Source: Vibrio alginolyticus NBRC 15630 = ATCC 17749 (GTDB taxonomy: Bacteria; Pseudomonadota; Gammaproteobacteria; Enterobacterales; Vibrionaceae). Taken from it: a stretch of DNA of 32,000 nt. Positions 24,887 to 31,668 of this stretch are shown here, piece by piece (the stretch's first letter is position 1; each line of letters begins with the position of its first letter). The stretch is taken from contig NC_022349.1 in NCBI RefSeq assembly GCF_000354175.2, positions 930,001 to 962,000 of the forward strand, in the 5' to 3' direction. The translations under genes were made by a program, and so were the position numbers. The notes below the pieces were generated by a model. That model searched no databases and was not told where the DNA came from. It worked only from the letters and a program-made list of their open reading frames with translations.

Positions 24887-24898
24887 TTTCGCCCTGTG

Positions 24899-25024
24899 CC
24901 CTAACGCCCGCTTAAGTGGTGAGCAACGCTACCACAACACTTGATTATTGCACCTTAAACACAAAAGCCAAATCAAACCAAAACCGCCGAGCGTTGCGAA
25001 TCCGTCTTAAAGCGTTTGTTATGC
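24899..25024 (-). repeat. attC site 18 (class A)
   Basis: GCCCTAACGCCCGCTTAAGTGGTGAGCAACGCTACCAC...GCCGAGCGTTGCGAATCCGTCTTAAAGCGTTTGTTATG. Confidence 0.9.
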
Positions 25025-25100
25025 GTATTTTAGTTGGGTTCTAAATCGGGTGCATTACCTGGACTTCTTTCTACAGCATCCAACCACGGATTTGTTATAC

Positions 25101-25481
25101 CTACTTTGTATAAGCAGTAAGACTGAAATTTTTACTAAAATACAAGGCTACGGCAGCGGTAACTCCGGCGATATAACTTAGATGTATTATTATAAATAGC
25201 GATGCAAATGCTATTAGATACATACTGTAACTTGTTACTTTCTGGCTCTTTGGGCTATTTATTAACAAAGCTACATTCTTCTGAGGAACTCTGTACTTTA
25301 GAAATATCCAATACGTCATTGAAAAAGTTGCGAATACAGGTAAACATATTGCGAACGCAATCGTAGCCAACATAAGCCAAAAGCCAAAGTTTGCGGGACT
25401 TACGTTTGTAAGAACTAAAAGCGAAGTGGCTGAATAGCCTGAAAGTGCGGCATAAAACCACTGATACTTTTCAATAAACAC
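25101..25481 (-). CDS. Hypothetical four-TM membrane protein (126 aa)
   Basis: GTG at 25481 follows GAAGGAGAT. The track's longer N-terminus is attC 19 sequence. Strongly hydrophobic throughout. Confidence 0.5.
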   Translation of the reverse strand: MFIEKYQWFYAALSGYSATSLLVLTNVSPANFGFWLMLATIAFAICLPVFATFSMTYWIFLKYRVPQKNVALLINSPKSQKVTSYSMYLIAFASLFIIIHLSYIAGVTAAVALYFSKNFSLTAYTK

Positions 25482-25511
25482 GATATCTCCTTCTACGATG
25501 TTCCCTAATAC

Positions 25512-25636
25512 GCATAACGCCTTGTTAAGGTGTGAGGCACGCAATACAAAAGCCTCTGCATACCATCTTAACCACTAAACTAACGCATAGTAAAAATGCC
25601 AAGCGTGCCGAATCACACTTGAACAATTTGTTATGT
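25512..25636 (-). repeat. attC site 19 (class B)
   Basis: CGCATAACGCCTTGTTAAGGTGTGAGGCACGCAATACAAAAGCCTCTGC...GCCAAGCGTGCCGAATCACACTTGAACAATTTGTTATG. Confidence 0.9.
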
Positions 25637-25642
25637 TCACGG

Positions 25643-25999
25643 CTACTCTAAATCAACGGTAAGGTTAATATCTTTAAACTGCTCGAACTCTTGCGGACTT
25701 AGACTTAATAAAAATTCGAATGGGGAGCTGTTCTTTACTGCTTTTTCGACCGCGTTATCAAACGAGCGAAGCCCACTAGTTTTTAGCACCGAGAATTCGG
25801 TAACCTCAGCTTTATCATTAAGTTTGAAGTTTACACGGACATCGTACCCTAGATACTCATCTTGCTGGTTCAATTCATCTTGTATTCGAACTTTCATCAA
25901 GGATGCATTGTGAACTAGTCTAGCCTCTGGCGAATCATTGAAACCAACACACCCAGCAATAAACATTGATATTAATGCAATAAAAATTGCGTTTTTCAT
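25643..25999 (-). CDS. Small lipoprotein, possibly a TonB/TolA-C-terminal-like fold (118 aa)
   Basis: MKNAIFIALISMFIAGCVG has a lipobox. The C-terminal VRVNFKLNDKAEVTEFSVLKTSGLRSFDNAVEKAVKNSSPF resembles TonB_C. ATG at 25999; the track extension is attC 20 sequence. Confidence 0.55.
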   Translation of the reverse strand: MKNAIFIALISMFIAGCVGFNDSPEARLVHNASLMKVRIQDELNQQDEYLGYDVRVNFKLNDKAEVTEFSVLKTSGLRSFDNAVEKAVKNSSPFEFLLSLSPQEFEQFKDINLTVDLE

Positions 26000-26015
26000 T
26001 ATTAACGTTCCTTGA

Positions 26016-26141
26016 ACATAACGCCCTGCTAAGGGGTGAGCAACGCAATACAAAAGCCGCCGCAAACCACCTTAATCACTAAGTTCAACGCATAGTAAAA
26101 ATGCCACGCGTTGCGAATCCCTCTTGAGCAGTTTGTTAGTC
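26016..26141 (-). repeat. attC site 20 (class B; near-identical to attC 26)
   Basis: ACATAACGCCCTGCTAAGGGGTGAGCAACGCAATACAAAAGCCGCCGCAAACCACC...GCCACGCGTTGCGAATCCCTCTTGAGCAGTTTGTTAGT. Confidence 0.9.
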
Positions 26142-26635
26142 GCGAGGCACCGAGCGACAATTTTAAGCCGAACTAAACTGTGCGAACAACAAACTTTATG
26201 TGCTTTGATGCATTTAAGTCAGGCGTAGTCTCAAAGCGGCTACTCAATGAAACCACTTAGAACAAACAACGCCGTAGAAAACGGACTGACAACACCAAAA
26301 AGCGCTTTTGGAAAGCCAATCTCACAGTACGGACTTTCAACAAAGTCACTGAAACCACGTGGAACTTACCACACCAGAGAGAGCGTCATTTCAGCGAGTA
26401 AATCGGCTTTTGTACCAACAAACTCACCGAGCGGAGTTGCAACCAAAAACAAACTCTCGATTGCCCTGCTCTGTCAGCACCAAAGAACAAAACAATCGCT
26501 AGGACACTTGCAAAATTTTGGACTCAAAACAGCTAAAACTAAGTTCTAAAGATCGACGATGAATCTGTGTTCCAAACAAACTGCTGCTAAATTTTAAGCT
26601 CAGAAACATGATTTTAATTGCTAGCTTTTTCTGGC
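26142..26635. other. ORF-less integron cassette, copy A of a paralogous pair (494 bp)
   Basis: Aligns along its length with 29461-29954. The 100-codon + strand ORF here is destroyed in copy B by a 1-nt indel. No minus-strand ORF is shared. Contains the conserved palindrome AAAAGCGCTTTT (26298-26309). Confidence 0.65.
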
Positions 26636-26761
26636 GACTAACGCCTTGTTAAGGGGTGAGCAACGCAATACCGAAGCCGCCGCATACCACCTTAGTCACT
26701 AAAACTAACGCATAGTCTAAGTGCCACGCGTTGCGAATCCCTCTTGAACAATTTGTTAGGC
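26636..26761 (-). repeat. attC site 21 (class B)
   Basis: GACTAACGCCTTGTTAAGGGGTGAGCAACGCAATACCGAAGCCGCCGC...GCCACGCGTTGCGAATCCCTCTTGAACAATTTGTTAGG. Confidence 0.9.
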
Positions 26762-26764
26762 GAA

Positions 26765-27145
26765 TTACTTAAAAGGAAGTGGAATATCTTTCGTTATGGA
26801 TATGTCCTCTAAACACTGCTTCAAAGGTAACTGCTTGGATTTATAGATTGTTGTAATCGAATTTTGCTCTTCGTCTACGTCCACTGTTAAGCAAGCACAA
26901 CTAAAACCATAGTTTCGATTTGTTCTAACAAATTCATTTTCATTTGCAGTCGCTTGATAAAGCAGTTCCATCGATTTATCGTCCAATGCATTTGAAGTAC
27001 CTTGGACTGATATATCCCACGAGCCATCGCGATCAATCAACCACATATTGGCAGGAGAAGGGTTTTCAAGCCATCCACATCGAGTCTCTTCTGCCGTCGC
27101 TGCTAATGCAGAAAACATCCCCAAAATAACAATCAAAAATCTCAT
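26765..27145 (-). CDS. DUF4087-like secreted protein (126 aa)
   Basis: A signal peptide, then RCGWLENPSPANMWLIDRDGSWDISVQG, the motif I associate with DUF4087. Confidence 0.65.
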   Translation of the reverse strand: MRFLIVILGMFSALAATAEETRCGWLENPSPANMWLIDRDGSWDISVQGTSNALDDKSMELLYQATANENEFVRTNRNYGFSCACLTVDVDEEQNSITTIYKSKQLPLKQCLEDISITKDIPLPFK

Positions 27146-27159
27146 TATTTACTCCATTC

Positions 27160-27285
27160 GCCTAACGCCTTGTTAAGGTGTGAGGCACGCAATACCGAAG
27201 GTTCCGCATAACACCTTAACCACTAAAACCAACGCATGGTAAAAATGCCACGCGTGCCGAATCACTCTTGAACAATTTGTTATAC
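27160..27285 (-). repeat. attC site 22 (class B)
   Basis: CGCCTAACGCCTTGTTAAGGTGTGAGGCACGCAATACCGAAGGTTCCGC...GCCACGCGTGCCGAATCACTCTTGAACAATTTGTTATA. Confidence 0.9.
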
Positions 27286-27678
27286 GAATTTTTTCAGTGC
27301 CGACACTTGCTGTTCAAATAACTCACAATCTGACTTTGAGTATGACTTAGCTACATTAACCCATTGAACGCCCGTTTCATCTATGTGGCGAAACTCGACT
27401 TGAAGTGCATATTTAGAACAACGAAAAAGAGCAAAAACCAAACCTACAACCGTCAGACTAAGAACTAAAACTAGTAGCCATTGTGGCACCTCTTCCAACC
27501 TTGGAATAACTAACCAAACAGCCCCTGAAAAAACACACACCCAGAATAAAACTTGACCTAAATTATCAAGAAAACTTAACTTTTTAACCCTAACATTGTT
27601 TATCTTAGACAAAGGATATGAGTCTTTCTTAAACCTGAACTCTTTTGAATCCAAGTTAAAATCAGTATTTTTGTACAT
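27280..27678 (-). CDS. Hypothetical two-TM membrane protein (132 aa)
   Basis: ATG start. Central hairpin of helices (VLFWVCVFSGAVWLVIP and WLLVLVLSLTVVGLVFALF) flanked by soluble segments. The TAA stop lies in attC R''. Confidence 0.55.
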   Translation of the reverse strand: MYKNTDFNLDSKEFRFKKDSYPLSKINNVRVKKLSFLDNLGQVLFWVCVFSGAVWLVIPRLEEVPQWLLVLVLSLTVVGLVFALFRCSKYALQVEFRHIDETGVQWVNVAKSYSKSDCELFEQQVSALKKFV

Positions 27679-27693
27679 AATTTCCCTCTATTC

Positions 27694-27791
27694 GTATAAC
27701 GCCGCGTTAAGGCGTGACGTAATGCGTGCCATACTTGAGCGAAGCGAAACTGGCACGCGTTGCGGAATCGCTCTTAAACGCTTTGTTATGT
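27694..27791 (-). repeat. attC site 23 (class C, short, divergent)
   Basis: CGTATAACGCCGCGTTAAGGCGTGACGTAATGCGTGCCATACTTGAGCGAAGCGAAACTGGCACGCGTTGCGGAATCGCTCTTAAACGCTTTGTTATG. Confidence 0.85.
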
Positions 27792-27797
27792 GATTAT

Positions 27798-28151
27798 TTA
27801 TTGCTGCCAAAAAGACTTGCCTCTTTTGAGAACCTCAACAAAAGATTTATCTTTAAATTCAAGATGCAAATCATCGTTAACAAATTCTACTTCTATTTTT
27901 CCAAGTGTTGGATGGACAAATTCAATGTCATTTACATCCACATCAAAAACTATGACATTCGACGGCCAACCTTTAGACACTTGAAAAATTAACTGGTCAC
28001 CGTTCTGTGCTGGAACAATTAAAATTTCATACCCATCAATGGAGCCAGTTTCCAAATTAGCTTTAACATTTGAATAAAAACCAAAATTTGTAGACGCAGA
28101 TAATGCAGCCGATGAAAAACAAAAAAATAGAACTAAAAATAGCCGTATCAC
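27798..28151 (-). CDS. Hypothetical secreted protein (117 aa)
   Basis: GTG start after GAGG. Signal peptide MIRLFLVLFFCFSSAALSAS. Confidence 0.55.
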   Translation of the reverse strand: MIRLFLVLFFCFSSAALSASTNFGFYSNVKANLETGSIDGYEILIVPAQNGDQLIFQVSKGWPSNVIVFDVDVNDIEFVHPTLGKIEVEFVNDDLHLEFKDKSFVEVLKRGKSFWQQ

Positions 28152-28168
28152 ATAAACCTCGCTTAATC

Positions 28169-28296
28169 ACATAACGCCGCGTTAAGTAGTGAGCAACGCT
28201 ACCATCTAACCTAAACCATTACACCGTAAACACTAAAGCTCGACTTGAACTAAAAATGCCGAGCGTTGCGAATCTGCCTTAAACGCTTTGTTATAC
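28169..28296 (-). repeat. attC site 24 (class A)
   Basis: CACATAACGCCGCGTTAAGTAGTGAGCAACGCTACCATC...GCCGAGCGTTGCGAATCTGCCTTAAACGCTTTGTTATA. Confidence 0.9.
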
Positions 28297-28298
28297 CG

Positions 28299-28817
28299 CT
28301 ACTTACAGGCTACCCAATACCTAGCCACTGGCTCTTGAAAAACTTTACCCATAACCACTTTTTCAAACTTGCCACCATTAGATTCTATAACCTTACGCGA
28401 TGCAATATTGTCTTCATCTGCTGTAATAAGTGCCTCAGAAATACCCAAAATTTTGGCTTTTGGTAACGCTAACTTGAGCATCAATTTACCATGACCAATT
28501 CCGCGGTGCGAAGGAGCAATATCATAGCCAATATGGCCTGCCTCTAAAGCTAGAAACTCGTTGTTGATATTATGACGAATACGAATAGCGCCCAAAATAT
28601 TTCGATTGCCGTCGACAAACCAAAAATGATTACATGGCACATAGCCATCAGGTAAATTTAAACCCTGGGCTTCATCTTGAATCTGCTGGACATATCGCGT
28701 GAAATCTGAGACTCCGTTACGGTAATATTCCGCATTCTCTACATCATTTTTAACAAAATCTTGATAAAACACCGAAAACTCGGATTCAAATTCTAACGAG
28801 GGTGAAACTAATTCCAT
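28299..28817 (-). CDS. GNAT family N-acetyltransferase (172 aa)
   Basis: Motif A IGYDIAPSHRGIGHGKLMLKLAL followed by NIASRKVIESNGG. ATG start. Confidence 0.8.
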   Translation of the reverse strand: MELVSPSLEFESEFSVFYQDFVKNDVENAEYYRNGVSDFTRYVQQIQDEAQGLNLPDGYVPCNHFWFVDGNRNILGAIRIRHNINNEFLALEAGHIGYDIAPSHRGIGHGKLMLKLALPKAKILGISEALITADEDNIASRKVIESNGGKFEKVVMGKVFQEPVARYWVACK

Positions 28818-28837
28818 GTTTGATTTTTCTCCTTGCG

Positions 28838-28963
28838 GTATAACGCCTTGTTAAGGTGTGAGGCACGCAATACCGAAGCCTCCGCATACCACCTTAACCA
28901 TTAAAACCAACGCATAGTAAAAATGCCACGCGTGCCGAATCACTCTTGAACAATTTGTTATGC
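28838..28963 (-). repeat. attC site 25 (class B)
   Basis: GGTATAACGCCTTGTTAAGGTGTGAGGCACGCAATACCGAAGCCTCCGC...GCCACGCGTGCCGAATCACTCTTGAACAATTTGTTATG. Confidence 0.9.
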
Positions 28964-28969
28964 TCGTAC

Positions 28970-29320
28970 TCAAAGAAATTGGAGAATTAAGCAAGTGATA
29001 AACGCTGGAAGCCCTGCAATAAAGAAAACCAAACCTGTCTGGAAGTTCATTCTATGCTGCTCTCGTTGGTCTTCTTCGAAATCATGACCTTCTACCATTT
29101 TGTAAACTTTATCTGTTCTAGAATCATCCATATGCGCTGTTTTACTATATACGCCACCTTCCCACATAAGCTTTGCTAAAACCCAGTTCACGATAACAAC
29201 GAAGAACAGAAAGTCGACTGGCTGAGTAGTAGCAAAGAAGGGGACAAACTGAGCTAAGAGAATAACAATCAATGCTGCAACAAGATTGATTAGCACCACT
29301 TTCTTCAGTAAATTGAGCAA
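28970..29320 (-). CDS. Hypothetical membrane protein (116 aa)
   Basis: TTG start 4 nt after AGGAGGG. Three hydrophobic helices and an acidic loop (EGHDFEEDQREQ). Confidence 0.5.
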   Translation of the reverse strand: MLNLLKKVVLINLVAALIVILLAQFVPFFATTQPVDFLFFVVIVNWVLAKLMWEGGVYSKTAHMDDSRTDKVYKMVEGHDFEEDQREQHRMNFQTGLVFFIAGLPAFITCLILQFL

Positions 29321-29334
29321 AATTCCCTCCTAGA

Positions 29335-29460
29335 GCATAACGCCCTGCTAAGGGGTGAGCAACGCAATACCGAAGCCGCCGCTTACCACCTTAATCACTA
29401 AATTCAACGCATGGTGAAAATGCCACGCGTTGCGAATCCCTCTTGAGCAGTTTGTTAGTC
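29335..29460 (-). repeat. attC site 26 (class B; near-identical to attC 20)
   Basis: AGCATAACGCCCTGCTAAGGGGTGAGCAACGCAATACCGAAGCCGCCGCTTACCACC...GCCACGCGTTGCGAATCCCTCTTGAGCAGTTTGTTAGT. Confidence 0.9.
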
Positions 29461-29954
29461 GCGAGGCACCGAGCGACAATTTTAAGCCGAACTAAACTTT
29501 GCGAACAACAAACTTTATGTGTTTTGATGCACTTAAGTCAGGCGTAGTCTCAAAGCGGCTATTCAATGAAACCACTTGGAACAGCCAACGCCGCAGAAAA
29601 CGAACTGACAACACCAAAAAAGCGCTTTTGGAAAACCAATCTCACAGTGCGGACTTTCAACAAAGTCACTGAAACCACGTGGAACTTACAACACCAGAGA
29701 AAACGTCCTTTCAGCAATTAAATAAGCTTTTAAACCAACCAACTCACCGAGCAGATTTGCAACCAAAAACAGATTTTCGATTGCCCCGCTCTATCACCAC
29801 CAAAGAACGAAACAACCGCTTGGAAAATAGCAATGCATTGATTTAGAACCGATGAAACTGAGCTTTGACCGTCGAAGATGGAACTATGAATCAAACAACC
29901 AGTAGCCAAGTTTTGAGCTTAGAAACATGATTTTGACTTCTAGCTTTTTCTGGC
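29461..29954. other. ORF-less integron cassette, copy B of the paralogous pair (494 bp)
   Basis: No ORF of 60 codons or more on either strand. Collinear with 26142-26635. Both ends and the AAAAGCGCTTTT palindrome (29618-29629) are conserved, while the segment at about 29810-29900 has diverged. Confidence 0.65.
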
Positions 29955-30080
29955 GACTAACGCCCTGTTAAGGGGTGAGCAACGCAATACCAAAGCCGCC
30001 GCAGACCACCTTAAATACAAAAACCAACGCATAGTGAAAATGCCACGCGTTGCGAATCCCTCTTGAACAGTTTGTTAGGT
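29955..30080 (-). repeat. attC site 27 (class B)
   Basis: GACTAACGCCCTGTTAAGGGGTGAGCAACGCAATACCAAAGCCGCCGC...GCCACGCGTTGCGAATCCCTCTTGAACAGTTTGTTAGG. Confidence 0.9.
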
Positions 30081-30653
30081 GGGATTGTCGCACGCCATAA
30101 GCAATGCTTTCAGCTCTAAATTCAATGAAGCCTCACCAATTTTTCTTGCTGAATTTCCCAATTGATTGCGGTAATTACAATCGGCTCCCGCCTCTAATAA
30201 TAACCTAACACCTTCGATATTCTCATTGATTGCAGCAATCATTAATGGTGAGTTGTAAACATACTCCTGAGTAAGAAGTAAATTGGGATCACCTCCATTA
30301 TCAAGAAGTAGCTTTAATATTTTGTTATTGGAGAAGTTAGCAGATGCAAAAACTGGGCTATTCCCTTCATAATTCTGTATGTTGGGGAGCGCACCACTTG
30401 ATAGTAAAGTTTTTACAAGTTCATGGTCACCAAGAAATGACGCCATGAGTAATAGTGACGCTCCACATGAATTGACTGTATTAACGTCCATTCCCTTCTT
30501 CAACAAACGTTGAGCATACGAGCTGCTTTTTCCCTCAATCATCTGATAAATTGCGATATTTATAGGACTACTAGGGTCGTTTCTGCTTTTGCAAGAACTT
30601 GAATCACTTGTCAAAAACACTATGGATAAAGCTGCTAGTAAAAATCGCTTCAA
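30075..30653 (-). CDS. Ankyrin-repeat protein with an N-terminal signal sequence (192 aa)
   Basis: At least three ANK units (GASLLLMASFLGDHELVKTLLSSGALPN, NSPVFASANFSNNKILKLLLDNGGDPN, NSPLMIAAINENIEGVRLLLEAGADCN). TTG at 30653 follows TAGGAGGG. Upstream track sequence is attC 28. Confidence 0.75.
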   Translation of the reverse strand: MKRFLLAALSIVFLTSDSSSCKSRNDPSSPINIAIYQMIEGKSSSYAQRLLKKGMDVNTVNSCGASLLLMASFLGDHELVKTLLSSGALPNIQNYEGNSPVFASANFSNNKILKLLLDNGGDPNLLLTQEYVYNSPLMIAAINENIEGVRLLLEAGADCNYRNQLGNSARKIGEASLNLELKALLMACDNPT

Positions 30654-30662
30654 AATAATCCC

Positions 30663-30788
30663 TCCTAACGCCCAATTAAGGTGTGAAGCACGCGACCACG
30701 GTACTTCATTTGACCACCGTACACACTGAACTAAACCCAAACCAAAACTGCCAAGCGTGCTGAATCACTCTTAAATTGTTTGTTAGGC
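30663..30788 (-). repeat. attC site 28 (class A, divergent)
   Basis: CTCCTAACGCCCAATTAAGGTGTGAAGCACGC...GCCAAGCGTGCTGAATCACTCTTAAATTGTTTGTTAGG. Confidence 0.85.
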
Positions 30789-31517
30789 GCTCAGGAGCTT
30801 GAGTTTACCTGCTAGCTGCTCTCTCAAAGTTTGAAGGCCCTCACCGTTGTTTAAATAGATCAGAGCTCTGTGATGAATCATATCGGACGGAATGTCGCTT
30901 ACATTTTGTGCTATTGGGACGACTGTTTTACCGAGGGTATGAGCAATACCTGTTTCATACATAACATTCGGGTTTTTATTGGAAAAGTCTACCACCACAA
31001 TTTTTGCACGGTAGATAAGACTAAATATATCCTGGATTATGGACGAGTGTTTCCATATATCGTCAGCTCGTAGACATCTAAGCGTTGCATCTTCTGTTGC
31101 GCCTTTGATCGCGTCATAAACACTACTAAAACCAGCAAAAGGCATCATAACCGCTACTAAATCATCTTCCACGTCACTATCCGGTATTGAAAACACATTT
31201 GGTGAAAACGTAATTTTCCTCTCAGACGGTTTGGCAGAAATGTATGTAGCGCTTTGATCAGGATACCATTCATTTAAGTAAGCCTCGGTTTCTTTTAGGG
31301 CATTTGCATTGTGATCAACCATAGAGCGTAAAACGCTAATAATACACCCGCTATAGTCTTCATCACCAAAATGTAGACTACGCAATAACCTTGAATGATG
31401 TTCGATAAGGTGTGTGCAGTCAGTTATCAAACCTAACTCGATCCAGTTTTCAGCAGTAAAATTTTCTAAAATTCTTCGTTTTAACTGCAAAATCATTTGT
31501 GTATTTATATCTTTCAC
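30783..31517 (-). CDS. Two-domain hypothetical protein: N-terminal helical domain plus C-terminal nucleoside 2-deoxyribosyltransferase/TIR-like (Rossmannoid) domain (244 aa)
   Basis: The C-terminal DLVAVMMPFAGFSSVYDAIKGA...LRADDIW...IYRAKIVVVDFSNKNPNVMYETGIAHTLGKTVVPI matches the MPF...D...NVxYE.G.A pattern of NDT/TIR-like domains. GTG start at 31517 (alternative ATG at 31496). Confidence 0.55.
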   Translation of the reverse strand: MKDINTQMILQLKRRILENFTAENWIELGLITDCTHLIEHHSRLLRSLHFGDEDYSGCIISVLRSMVDHNANALKETEAYLNEWYPDQSATYISAKPSERKITFSPNVFSIPDSDVEDDLVAVMMPFAGFSSVYDAIKGATEDATLRCLRADDIWKHSSIIQDIFSLIYRAKIVVVDFSNKNPNVMYETGIAHTLGKTVVPIAQNVSDIPSDMIHHRALIYLNNGEGLQTLREQLAGKLKLLSA

Positions 31518-31542
31518 ATTGAACCTATCATCTATAAATGAC

Positions 31543-31668
31543 GCCTAACGCCCTGTTAAGGTGTGAGCAACGCAATACAAAAGCCGCCGCATACCACCTT
31601 AAACACTAAAACCAACGCATAGTGAAAATGCCACGCGTTGCGAATCACTCTTAAACAGTTTGTTAGCC
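31543..31668 (-). repeat. attC site 29 (class B)
   Basis: CGCCTAACGCCCTGTTAAGGTGTGAGCAACGCAATACAAAAGCCGCCGC...GCCACGCGTTGCGAATCACTCTTAAACAGTTTGTTAGC. Confidence 0.9.

Noticed and set aside
25085-25100. Extra R''-like box (GGATTTGTTATAC) directly after the stop of the 25101-25481 ORF, 75 bp before the real attC 18
   Set aside because: Only about 11 nt resemble an attC end, with no partner arm or palindrome. It is most likely chance or a tiny relic and is not a second attC.
26247-26549. 100-aa + strand ORF inside ORF-less cassette copy A
   Set aside because: It is antisense to the array and has no RBS. The paralogous copy B loses the frame through a 1-nt indel about 60 nt after the ATG. Differences between the copies are mostly non-synonymous.
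12710-31668. The regularly spaced repeats could be mistaken for a CRISPR array
   Set aside because: The repeats are 97-131 bp imperfect palindromes, not 28-37 bp direct repeats. The 'spacers' are 340-1000 bp and contain genes with RBSs. The repeat ends match the attC R''/R' boxes.
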